Shown here piece after piece: positions 1 to 9,759 of a stretch of DNA of 29,423 nucleotides; position 1 is the stretch's first letter, and each line of letters opens with the position of its first letter. This DNA comes from Clostridia bacterium. GTDB lineage: Bacteria > Bacillota > Clostridia > Peptostreptococcales > JAAYPU01. The stretch spans positions 1 through 29,423 of the forward strand of contig JANQMT010000149.1 in NCBI GenBank assembly GCA_028279945.1. Direction: 5' to 3'. Position numbers and translations under genes: made by a program. The notes under the pieces were generated by a model. It ran no database searches. It was not told the DNA's origin and saw nothing but the letters and a program-made list of their open reading frames with translations.

Positions 1-902
1 CACCGTTGATGTCGGCACAAATTGGTGTAGGCAATACGAAATTGGTCATGTATTCTAATTTAACTGGCAACATAATCAATGTAGTATTGAACTATGTGTT
101 GATATTTGGTAAATTTGGATTTCCTAGAATGGAGATGGCAGGCGCAGGTTTAGCTACGGTCATCGGTAATGTGGTCATATTTTTATTGTTGTTAAAATCA
201 GTTATTCGTGGCAAAAATGGCATCAATATTTTAAAGGGCAGTTGGAAATTTAAAAAAGGTGTCATGAAACCACTATTAAATATTGGCAGCAGTTCCTTGA
301 TGGAACACAGCTGGGAAAGGATTGGTCTGTTCATCTTTGCCAGACTCATTGCTGAACTTGGCACAGTTGCCATGGGGATACACCATTTTTGTATTCTTAT
401 TTGGGATCTGTACTATTACTTTGGCATGGGCATGGGCACAGCAAGTGCATCCTTCTCCGGTAGGAAGATAGGTGAAGGACGTAAAGATCTGGCCATTATT
501 TACACAAAGGTAGCCCAGCGTTCAGGATTGATTATTTCTATGATTGCCAGTGTCATATTTATATGGGTGCGTGAACCGGTTTTTGATTTTTTTGTCTCTG
601 ATTCTGAAGGCATTCGACTGGGAGTTGCAGTTATGGGTATTGTGGCGATGTTAATTATTCCACAAACCTATGCTCAAGTTTCTTCTGGGACTTTACGTGG
701 TGCAGGTGACAATCGATTTATAGCGGTTTATTTTTTGGCTGTCAGTGCTATACTACGGCCTTTGAGTGCGTATGTTTTTGCTCTTAGCTTAGGTTTAGGT
801 TTACCTGGAATGTGGTTGGCATTATTGCTAGATGAGAGTTTGAAAATGGTTCTTACTCGATATCGTATTAAAAAAGGAATTTGGTTGAAGATTGAATTTT
901 GA
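1..902 (+). CDS. MATE-family multidrug/oligosaccharidyl-lipid efflux transporter, C-terminal ~2/3 (5' end lies outside window)
   Basis: Open frame from window edge. Polytopic hydrophobic protein with MATE-like motif LRGAGDNRF and repeated TM helices. The ORF-track ATG at 6 is probably internal. Confidence 0.7.
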   Translation, partial: PLMSAQIGVGNTKLVMYSNLTGNIINVVLNYVLIFGKFGFPRMEMAGAGLATVIGNVVIFLLLLKSVIRGKNGINILKGSWKFKKGVMKPLLNIGSSSLMEHSWERIGLFIFARLIAELGTVAMGIHHFCILIWDLYYYFGMGMGTASASFSGRKIGEGRKDLAIIYTKVAQRSGLIISMIASVIFIWVREPVFDFFVSDSEGIRLGVAVMGIVAMLIIPQTYAQVSSGTLRGAGDNRFIAVYFLAVSAILRPLSAYVFALSLGLGLPGMWLALLLDESLKMVLTRYRIKKGIWLKIEF

Positions 903-1035
903 TATAAAATGTTTGTAGTTCAGCATTCTCAGAGATATTTGGAAAAGATGATATTTCTTTGTCCATTGATTGTATAAATACTGTGTAATTCTGGTGACGA
1001 AATGTGGTTAGGGATTGTTGCTCGAGAGTAATTTT

Positions 1036-1073
1036 GGGGTGAAAAATTGGCTGAAAAACGCCATTTTTGCCCC
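1036..1073 (+). other. Long imperfect hairpin inside 5' block (GGGGTGAAAAATTGGC / GCCATTTTTGCCCC)
   Basis: Near-perfect inverted repeat with one bulge. The equivalent position in copy 2 (4196-4227) also folds (GGGGCAAGAAATT / AATTTTGCCTC) using a different sequence. Confidence 0.4.
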
Positions 1074-1156
1074 TTTATAATGGGTAAAGATATAGATGAC
1101 ATAGAGGATTTGGGGTATGAAAAGCAAATATTAATTGATATGTGAATGTAAAAGAC

Positions 1157-1203
1157 GAAGCTTTGGTCAGTTAATGATTTAAAAGCTTCTTCTATTTTGT
1201 TGG
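1157..1203 (+). terminator. Terminator-like hairpin GAAGCTTT-N16-AAAGCTTC followed by TCTATTTTGTTGG
   Basis: 8-bp perfect stem plus T-rich tail. Copy 2 has a hairpin at the same aligned position with a different, compensating stem (4360-4410). Confidence 0.45.
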
Positions 1204-1268
1204 AAAAATTCAAATGACATCTTGTGTTTATAATTAATTAAAAATTTGATATAATTTGTAAAAATATA

Positions 1269-1297
1269 TTGGATATAATTGGAAATGGGTGTAGAAT
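1269..1297 (+). promoter_or_regulatory. Sigma-A-like promoter: -35 TTGGAT, 17-bp spacer, -10 TAGAAT
   Basis: Both hexamers and the spacing are conserved in copy 2 (4496-4524). The promoter sits about 95 nt upstream of the 1389 start codon. Confidence 0.5.
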
Positions 1298-1388
1298 GAA
1301 TTCAGGTGTAAGTTTGCAGATATTTAATTACGATTGAGTTATTAGTGTTTTGTAAATAATAGCGTTATGCAATATTGGAGGGGATTAT

Positions 1389-2138
1389 ATGAATGGGCAA
1401 CTTCATCATTTGATACAAGTTGTGGATACTTGTAGCAAATACTTGAATGGTAAAAGTCAAAATGTGTTAGATGATAAACATTATAGCTCGTTAGTATTTA
1501 TAAAGCAGAACGAAAATACAATTATCAAAAAATTAATGGGTAAGCCTACATCTGAACTAGTGATAGCTACTAAAATTTCAGAGTTTCAGAAATACTTGGA
1601 GAATAACAAATGTAAAAAAGTGTATATTCATTTATCAGTAGAAGAGGATGATATAAATTTGTCTGCATATGCAAATGGGATTGCTGGGCAACTTATGGTA
1701 TGTGAATTCAATAATTATATTGAAATATGGAGGAATAGTTTTAATTATAATGGTGAAAAGTGGGATGTAGTTTATTATATGATAGATCGTAGCAACAAAC
1801 AGTATAAACCTGTTAAAAGAAATCTGAAGGAAGAGTATATTAAATTGATTAATTGCTATGAATCATTAGAAGAATTTGCTTTGTTAATTGAACAAAAATA
1901 TTGGGCTGAGTTTTTTGAAAAGGGTAAAAGAAACTTATTGGATATTCCTGATTTAGAACGTAATGAAATAAACAAAGTAATACAGAATATCAAGTGGCCT
2001 TTTGGGGGTATGGGTTCATGGAATGATTCACCGCCATATTCTGCTCATGAAAAAGGATTGGATGAAGATTTTAAAGTGAAAAGTAATATGTTATACAATC
2101 AATTGCATGTTGTAATTGAAGCTATACTTAATATGTAA
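1389..2138 (+). CDS. Hypothetical cytoplasmic protein (249 aa), cargo of cassette 1
   Basis: Strong RBS TTGGAGGGG 7 nt before the ATG. Clean ORF with no recognisable family motif. C-terminal WPFGGMGSWNDSPPYS stretch noted. Confidence 0.6.
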   Translation: MNGQLHHLIQVVDTCSKYLNGKSQNVLDDKHYSSLVFIKQNENTIIKKLMGKPTSELVIATKISEFQKYLENNKCKKVYIHLSVEEDDINLSAYANGIAGQLMVCEFNNYIEIWRNSFNYNGEKWDVVYYMIDRSNKQYKPVKRNLKEEYIKLINCYESLEEFALLIEQKYWAEFFEKGKRNLLDIPDLERNEINKVIQNIKWPFGGMGSWNDSPPYSAHEKGLDEDFKVKSNMLYNQLHVVIEAILNM

Positions 2139-2143
2139 GCACC

Positions 2144-2218
2144 TGAATAACGCTGCATTTACCCACATACCTCTAGGTTGAGGATTAGCCCTTGTAGGTA
2201 TTACAGGTGGGGTTTTGA
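2144..2218 (+). repeat. Conserved structured 3' element, copy 1 (paralog of 5274-5342)
   Basis: About 70% identical to 5274-5342. Outer stem CCCAC(2162-2166)/GTGGG(2207-2211) co-varies with CCAAC/GTTGG in copy 2. Inner stem CCTC/GAGG corresponds to CACAC/GTGAG in copy 2. It ends in GGGGTTTTG. Confidence 0.55.
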
Positions 2219-2326
2219 TAATTGTCGGAAACGTTATAATGGAGATATCTGATCTGGGTTGGAAAGCTAAACTTGATAGTAAGAAATAAAAATAATAAAT
2301 AATTAAGGACTGGATAGAGGTAGAAT

Positions 2327-2872
2327 ATGAAGAAGAAAATTATAGTATTAGTTATTGTCTTGTTATTTTTGAGTTGTTCATGTAGTAAGCAAACTGAAGA
2401 CATTGAAGGTAATGGAAACGAACAAATCGACTTAGAATCAGTAGAAGATGGTAAAGAAAATAATCAAGATAATGAAGTAATAATATTTGATGAAGACGGT
2501 CAATATTTAGAATTATATTTAGAGGAAAAACCATGGATGTATATCGCAAATATCAAGGATATTCCAGAATTGTCTGAAGCGAATGAGGGTGGAGCAGATT
2601 ATGATCATGAAAATGGAGTGATAAGTTTTTCAATTACAAAAGCTACTGGAACGATGACTGGAGCAGTAGATGGCCCATGGGTTTTTGCAGAAGTTGATAT
2701 TATAAAAAAACAGGTATTAAAAAAGAAATTTGGTCCTGCTCCAGAATTTGATAATCCTAAATACAAAGAGTTTAGTGGAGAAATATTAGAAATTTCGGAT
2801 ACACGATTAACAGAGATTGCAAATTATTTTTATAGGATATTTAATGATAAAAGTTTTGAATGTATTAAATAA
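2327..2872 (+). CDS. Putative secreted/lipoprotein (181 aa), acidic
   Basis: RBS GGATAGAGGTAG. N-terminus MKKKIIVLVIVLLFLSCSCS is signal-peptide-like with Cys close to the cleavage region. Confidence 0.55.
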   Translation: MKKKIIVLVIVLLFLSCSCSKQTEDIEGNGNEQIDLESVEDGKENNQDNEVIIFDEDGQYLELYLEEKPWMYIANIKDIPELSEANEGGADYDHENGVISFSITKATGTMTGAVDGPWVFAEVDIIKKQVLKKKFGPAPEFDNPKYKEFSGEILEISDTRLTEIANYFYRIFNDKSFECIK

Positions 2873-3088
2873 TGGTATGAGCAAGTTGTTGAACATAGAT
2901 ATAATATGTTTTTTAAAGAACTTAATTTGTCTAAGAGCATAGTGATTGATGATTTAGAGAAAGCTGATCATGCTTTTAACTAAGGAATTGTCAGACGAAA
3001 GTGATAAATCTATAGTATCTAAAATTATCAGCAGAGAGAATATAGGAGTCGAGCTTCAAGAAGTAAAAAAGCATATAATGAAGTCAAT

Positions 3089-3560
3089 TTGTCAAGCCTG
3101 ACCCCTTGCTACTTAATAAAAATGCTTAATAAAAATGTTAGAATAAAAGTTAAGGAATCAAGAGATAATTATGTTGAGAAAAAATATGAATATAAAAACT
3201 TTGTTGTTGGAACAGCGATAACGTTAACTAGTTTTTATTTAGGATGCTGCATCAATTGCATATACTGTTGTATCGGGAGTACAAGTGATTCAAGAAAATG
3301 CAGAAATTGCAAAAGATGCAGAATATTCCTATTGGGGAGCTAAAGAAGGTTACGCATATGATACGACACTCTATAATGATGATGTATTGGTGTATAATAA
3401 TTCTGAAGGATATGATAAGTATGGGAATTGGACTTGGATAGAGTCACCACGTTCTGATGCGTATAGCGTTAGCAATACTAAAAAAATAAACAAAACAATT
3501 GAGCTCTATAATGCATGTATAGTAACTTATGGATATTGTGAATTATATTCTCCAGATTAA
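3089..3560 (+). pseudogene. Small secreted-type protein gene split across three frames (two +1 shifts at T-runs); possible pseudogene or sequencing-error-affected gene
   Basis: Frame 1 reads MLRKNMNIKTLLL then stops. Frame 2 reads KNFVVGTAITLTSFYLG. Frame 0 is open from 3243 and reads DAASIAYTVVSGVQVIQENAEIAKDAEYSYWGAK through to 3560. Joined, they form a plausible signal peptide plus mature protein. The Cys-rich tail of track ORF 3089-3343 is an out-of-frame artefact. Confidence 0.35.
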
Positions 3561-3585
3561 ATTTAAGTGCTTGAAGGTGGTTTAG

Positions 3586-4077
3586 TTGGATTTATTTATA
3601 TTGCAGTCTTTTTTAATTTTAGCAGTGTGTATTCCTTTAATTGATAATATACTTCACACAGGAAAAGTGAGTTATAAGTTTAGGAGAAATATACTTTTTG
3701 CTCGCCCAATACCTTGTGCAATGATTGGATTTGAGCTGTTTGTATTTGCTAATTTATTAATAGTTGATAAAAATATTTTATATAGTGTTGATTTTGAGTT
3801 AGTAAGTACGATGATTATAACCGTAATACTTATTGTATTTACGCTCATTGAATATGCAAAAATTTCAGAAGGGGTATATTCTAATGGATTAGTCCTCAGA
3901 GGACTTTTTTATAAGTGGAAATTAATCCACTCGTATGAAGCTATTGTTACAGACAGTGGAACGGTTATCTTAGATCTTTGTTTTATTACGAAAACAAAGA
4001 CCGTGTATAGAAGGTTTAATATTCATAAAACTGATTGGAACCATATGGAAAATATATTCGAAAAAAATATTAAGTAA
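3586..4077 (+). CDS. Small integral membrane protein (163 aa, TTG start)
   Basis: RBS GAAGGTGG 5 nt upstream of the TTG. Three to four hydrophobic helices. Its 3' third (3847-3960) is duplicated at 9760-9873. Confidence 0.5.
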   Translation: MDLFILQSFLILAVCIPLIDNILHTGKVSYKFRRNILFARPIPCAMIGFELFVFANLLIVDKNILYSVDFELVSTMIITVILIVFTLIEYAKISEGVYSNGLVLRGLFYKWKLIHSYEAIVTDSGTVILDLCFITKTKTVYRRFNIHKTDWNHMENIFEKNIK

Positions 4078-4087
4078 AGTAGTATGG

Positions 4088-4133
4088 AAACTCTTTGGAT
4101 ATAAATTATACCCAAAGAGTTTTTCTTATTTCT
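4088..4133 (+). terminator. Rho-independent terminator (AAACTCTTTGG-N13-CCAAAGAGTTT then TTTTCTTATTTCT)
   Basis: Perfect 11-bp stem immediately after the 4077 stop, followed by a U-rich tract. Confidence 0.7.
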
Positions 4134-4359
4134 GTAAGCGTAAATTACTAGATGAAAGCTCCATAGGTATAAAAGCCAGTGTTTGAGAGTCTTTTGGGGC
4201 AAGAAATTGGCGTGAAAATTTTGCCTCTTTAAAATGGGTAAAAAAATAGATGACATAAAGGGATTTGGGGATGACAGGGTGGAAATAGGAATTATTTACA
4301 AATGAAGAGAAAATATTCATTTGAGTTTGAATAAAAATTCATAGATGTTGGATAAGAAA

Positions 4360-4410
4360 AGGTGAAATTTTGGTCAAATAATGACTTAATGACTTCGCCT
4401 ATTTTGTTGA
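4360..4410 (+). terminator. Terminator-like hairpin AGGTGAA-N27-TTCGCCT followed by ATTTTGTTGA
   Basis: Positional homolog of 1157-1203. The stem is kept by compensating changes, including one G-U pair. Confidence 0.4.
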
Positions 4411-4495
4411 GAGAATTAAAATTAGAAAAGGAGAATGCATTAATCATTGTCTATTTATAGTATTTGAAAAAAATGAGATGATTTGTAAAAATGTA

Positions 4496-4524
4496 TTGGA
4501 TATAATTAACTGAGGGTGTAGAAT
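4496..4524 (+). promoter_or_regulatory. Sigma-A-like promoter: -35 TTGGAT, 17 bp, -10 TAGAAT (copy 2)
   Basis: Same hexamers and spacing as 1269-1297. Confidence 0.5.
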
Positions 4525-4650
4525 AAATTAAGTTATAAGTTTGCAGCTATTCAATGATGATGGAGTTATTAGTGTTTCGCAAATAACAATGTTATATGCC
4601 ATTTATATTTTTATAATTCTCAGATTTCATTAAAATAAGAGGGTGGATTT

Positions 4651-5217
4651 GTGAAAAAGTATTTTAATAAAAGTACCATACTTATTATTTTAACTATTAT
4701 ATTTTTAGGTTTTGTATTTTACTATAGTTTTTATAATATTGAAAATAATGTAGCTCAAATTGAGGAGAGTATTATAGAATTGATTAGTTTAGAAAAAGAA
4801 AGGGTTACTTTTCAAGCGAGTATAGAAATTGATAATAAAAAGTTTGTTTTATTTACTTTTGATGATAATGCTATGGGATATTCAAAGTTTCAAAAAGGAT
4901 TAAACAATAAATATAAAATAGAAAGTGTAGGGTATGAAATCGATAAAATTGAACACAGAGCAATAGATATAAAGGATAAAAAGTATTTTATTGTGCTAGG
5001 TAGAAATAATGATATGAGAATAAAAAGTATAAAAGCTATTATAGCTGGTAATGAATATATGCTTGATATACAACAAAATGAACATAGTATATCATATAAT
5101 AATGAATACTTTATTACATATTGTGAAGTGTTAAATGAAACTGAAACTGTGTTTCCACAAAAGTTTATATTATATGATATGAACAATAACGATATTACTG
5201 AGCAAATATATAGATAA
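4651..5217 (+). CDS. Hypothetical membrane-anchored protein (188 aa, GTG start), cargo of cassette 2
   Basis: RBS AGAGGGTGG. N-terminal TM/signal anchor ILIILTIIFLGFVFYY. No similarity to the cassette-1 cargo. Confidence 0.55.
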   Translation: MKKYFNKSTILIILTIIFLGFVFYYSFYNIENNVAQIEESIIELISLEKERVTFQASIEIDNKKFVLFTFDDNAMGYSKFQKGLNNKYKIESVGYEIDKIEHRAIDIKDKKYFIVLGRNNDMRIKSIKAIIAGNEYMLDIQQNEHSISYNNEYFITYCEVLNETETVFPQKFILYDMNNNDITEQIYR

Positions 5218-5273
5218 GATCATAATTATGTTTAAAAAATGGAGTAAGCTAATAGCATTATAAATTAAACGGC

Positions 5274-5342
5274 ATATAACACTGCATTTACCAACATGCA
5301 CACAGGGTAAAGGTGAGCTACAGTAGGATTTATCGGTTGGGT
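5274..5342 (+). repeat. Conserved structured 3' element, copy 2
   Basis: See 2144-2218. Confidence 0.55.
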
Positions 5343-5443
5343 AACTTAAGTGTTGTATTCTATTCATGGCGCGCGTCGTTAAATAAGATAACAGCGCAAG
5401 GATTCCGCAGTGTGAAGCGCTGGCTGGATAAAATCAGCATTAA

Positions 5444-7745
<2,302 letters not shown>

Positions 7746-7763
<18 letters not shown>

Positions 7764-7786
7764 AAGTTGCAAACTTTTTGTCTTTT
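7746..7786 (+). terminator. Rho-independent terminator (AAAGTTTGCAAC-N9-GTTGCAAACTTT then TTGTCTTTT)
   Basis: Perfect 12-bp stem spanning the stop codon of 6753-7763, followed by a T-tract. Confidence 0.65.
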
Positions 7787-7920
7787 AAATGGCAATTTAT
7801 TCCCATATACTAAAATTGTTCTTGATTTTTATAGCAGAGATTTCTGAATGGTCTCGCGGTGCCTTTGATAAAATGAGATAAGGTATACCAGAAAGATGGA
7901 ACCCGTAGAACTGAAGTGTT

Positions 7921-7948
7921 GGAGGTTCGATTCCTCTATCGCCAAATT
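7921..7948 (+). other. tRNA 3'-end-like fragment (T-arm GGAGG-TTCGATT-CCTCT plus acceptor-like ATCGCCA)
   Basis: Canonical T-stem-loop, but no foldable D arm, anticodon arm or matching 5' acceptor strand within 100 nt upstream. Confidence 0.35.
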
Positions 7949-8010
7949 GGTGATTAGCTCAATGGTAGAGCATTCAGCTGATAGTATGGGGTTCGATTCC
8001 CCTTCAAGTG
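7948..8010 (+). tRNA. Degenerate tRNA-like element or pseudo-tRNA (canonical D-arm TAGCTCAATGGTAGAGC and T-arm GGGG-TTCGATT-CCCC, but no anticodon loop: TTCAGCTGA leaves no loop)
   Basis: D-arm and T-arm are textbook, but the anticodon stem-loop and acceptor pairing cannot be formed by hand. Needs tRNAscan-SE or ARAGORN. Confidence 0.3.
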
Positions 8011-8198
8011 TGGTTACTTGTTGCTCGAAAGAGCTCCCGACTTTTAATCGGAAAAGAAGATAAGTAAGAACTATTTTAAGAACTCTCAGCAGCAGTTTAC
8101 TGCGCTAAGTTTTAAGCTTTGCAGTGTGTGGATACCGGTCAAAATACGTATATTCTTGCTATGTATTTTACTTCTTAATTATATGGTTATACCTAAAA

Positions 8199-8243
8199 CT
8201 AAGAAAAAAATCATAGCAACAATATATTAGTTTTTTTCTTAAG
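8199..8243. promoter_or_regulatory. Inverted repeat CTAAGAAAAAAA-N21-TTTTTTTCTTAAG upstream of the SPFH gene
   Basis: 11-12-bp inverted repeat, possibly a protein-binding site. Confidence 0.25.
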
Positions 8244-8332
8244 CAACATTCCGCCTAAATCTTAGGAGAGTTTTTAAAAAGTTCATAGGACAGTAATGGT
8301 AATATTTATATAGATTTGAAAGGGTGATTTTA

Positions 8333-9439
8333 ATGAAAATTATTGTGAAAAAAGATGAAAGAGGGCTTCTTTTTAAAGATGGCAATTATATGATGTGTTT
8401 AAAGGCCGGAAAACATAGGTTAAATCCTTTTGGAAAATATAGTATCCAACTGGTTGATGTGAATGAGTCTTTTGATACAATGGGTAAGAACATCAATATC
8501 TTTTTAGACGATGAAGAACTTTTAAAAGAGTTAACTGTAATAGATGTTAAGGATAATGAACTGGCACTCCACTTTGAGGATGGGAAATATATTGATGTTT
8601 TAAAATCAGTAAAAGGTGCTTACTGGAATGTACTCAAAAAACATGATTTTCTAGTTATTGATTTAAAGGATACGAAAGTGAAAGACGATATAGATGCTTC
8701 AATTTTAAGTAATCCAAAGGTGTGTGAATATTTAAACTGCTTCAATGTTGAAAGTCATGAAAAAGGTCTATTGTATTATGATAATGTGATACAAAAAGTA
8801 TTAGATCCTGGAAAATACTTTTTCTGGAAAGGACCTACCGATGTTACCGTTAAAACTGTAGATATGAGACAGCAACAAATTGGGATGGCTGGGCAGGAAC
8901 TGATGACGGAAGATAAAATTACGCTTCGATTGAATTTTGTATGTCATTATAAAGTTACAGATCCTTTGAAAGTAGTTGAAATTAATTCCTTTCATGAACA
9001 ATTGTACATAATTTTACAGTTAATCTTGAGAGAATACATTGGATGCGTTAAGCTAGATGTTCTTTTAGCAAAGAAACAAAATATAGGAAGTTATGTTCTT
9101 GAAAGATTAAAAGAAAAGAATAGTGAATTTGGAGTAGAGTTTATTTATGCGGGGTTAAAAGATATCATATTGCCAGGTGACATAAAAGAAATTTTAAACA
9201 CCGTATTAATAGCAGAAAAGAGAGCACAAGCTAACGTTATTACAAGAAGAGAAGAAGTTGCCTCAACAAGAAGTTTGTTAAACACGGCAAAGCTAATGGA
9301 TGAAAATCAAACCTTGTATAAATTAAAAGAGCTGGAGTTTCTAGAGAAAATATGTGAAAATGTAGGAAATATTTCTATAGCAGGAGGCGGCAACTTGTTG
9401 GAACAATTAAATGATTTGCTTTCAACTAGAAAAAGCTAA
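8333..9439 (+). CDS. SPFH/band-7 (stomatin/prohibitin/flotillin/HflKC) domain protein, cytoplasmic, with an internal ~150-aa insertion
   Basis: RBS AGGGTGA 5 nt before ATG 8333. N-terminus IVKKDERGLLFKDG...QLVDV. C-terminal core LRLNFVCHYKVTDPLKVV...AGLKDIILPGDIKEILNTVLIAEKRAQANVI matches SPFH. There is no N-terminal TM segment. Confidence 0.6.
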   Translation: MKIIVKKDERGLLFKDGNYMMCLKAGKHRLNPFGKYSIQLVDVNESFDTMGKNINIFLDDEELLKELTVIDVKDNELALHFEDGKYIDVLKSVKGAYWNVLKKHDFLVIDLKDTKVKDDIDASILSNPKVCEYLNCFNVESHEKGLLYYDNVIQKVLDPGKYFFWKGPTDVTVKTVDMRQQQIGMAGQELMTEDKITLRLNFVCHYKVTDPLKVVEINSFHEQLYIILQLILREYIGCVKLDVLLAKKQNIGSYVLERLKEKNSEFGVEFIYAGLKDIILPGDIKEILNTVLIAEKRAQANVITRREEVASTRSLLNTAKLMDENQTLYKLKELEFLEKICENVGNISIAGGGNLLEQLNDLLSTRKS

Positions 9440-9457
9440 AAAAAGGGTAATAATACA

Positions 9458-9703
9458 GTGATAGAACTAAGGGGCAGATACAACACAGTAAAAGTATTTA
9501 CCCATAATATAGAAGAAAAGGCTGCAGAGCAAATACATGAGCTTTGCAGTCAAAAAATAGAAGCTTTAGCTTATATCTGTCCAGTTTGTTTTTGTGAAAT
9601 AGACCTTTTTATAACATGCGAAGATGAACCGAGTGATCAAAATCATGGTCTAACTTTATTGGAGGCAAAAAATAACTATATTAGATTAGGGCGCATGCTG
9701 TGA
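9458..9703 (+). CDS. Small hypothetical protein (81 aa, GTG start) with CPVC...C...C cluster
   Basis: RBS AAGGGTAA. Sits 19 nt after the SPFH gene. Confidence 0.35.
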   Translation: MIELRGRYNTVKVFTHNIEEKAAEQIHELCSQKIEALAYICPVCFCEIDLFITCEDEPSDQNHGLTLLEAKNNYIRLGRML

Positions 9704-9759
9704 AGATATGGTAAGCCGTGTAAGGCAGCCTAAAGTTGATGAATTAAATGGCTTGGAAT

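Larger units (their letters stand above)
970..1388. repeat. Conserved ~420-bp non-coding 5' block, copy 1 (diverged paralog of 4163-4650)
   Basis: Alignable by eye to 4163-4650 in three sub-blocks at about 70-80% identity with indels: 1026-1110 vs 4186-4270, 1160-1203 vs 4368-4410, 1251-1375 vs 4478-4600. The indels break any reading frame, so the conserved sequence is non-coding. Confidence 0.7.
4163..4650. repeat. Conserved non-coding 5' block, copy 2
   Basis: See copy 1. It carries extra insertions relative to copy 1, for example around 4270-4355. Confidence 0.7.

Noticed and set aside
929-1213. Minus-strand ORF (94 aa) inside the conserved 5' block, and the counterpart minus ORFs 4023-4256 and 4126-4320
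   Set aside because: Aligning the two block copies shows indels of unequal length (32 vs 27 nt in one stretch) that break the frame. Conservation is at nucleotide level, not protein level. These are spurious ORFs in AT-rich DNA.
2906-3101. Two tiny ORFs (25 aa and 43 aa) in the 2873-3088 gap
   Set aside because: Too short and without RBS or recognisable features to support. They could be remnants, so not called.
3089-3343. Cys-rich ORF tail GCCINCIYCCIGSTSDSRKCRNCKRCRIF as a zinc-ribbon or bacteriocin-like peptide
   Set aside because: It is the out-of-frame reading of the sensible frame-0 sequence DAASIAYTVVSGVQVIQENAEIAK, an artefact of the frameshift.
970-5342. Integron gene cassettes with attC sites
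   Set aside because: Integron cassettes are usually promoter-less with short 5' UTRs and attC sites of conserved structure but little sequence identity. Here the large conserved part is upstream and carries its own promoter and terminator. No IntI-like integrase or attI is visible. Integrons are also rare in Firmicutes.
7850-8010. tmRNA (ssrA)
   Set aside because: The T-arm-like segments suggested a tRNA-like domain, but there is no GGGG 5' acceptor start, no resume codon or tag ORF, and the D-arm is a true tRNA D-arm rather than the tmRNA analog.
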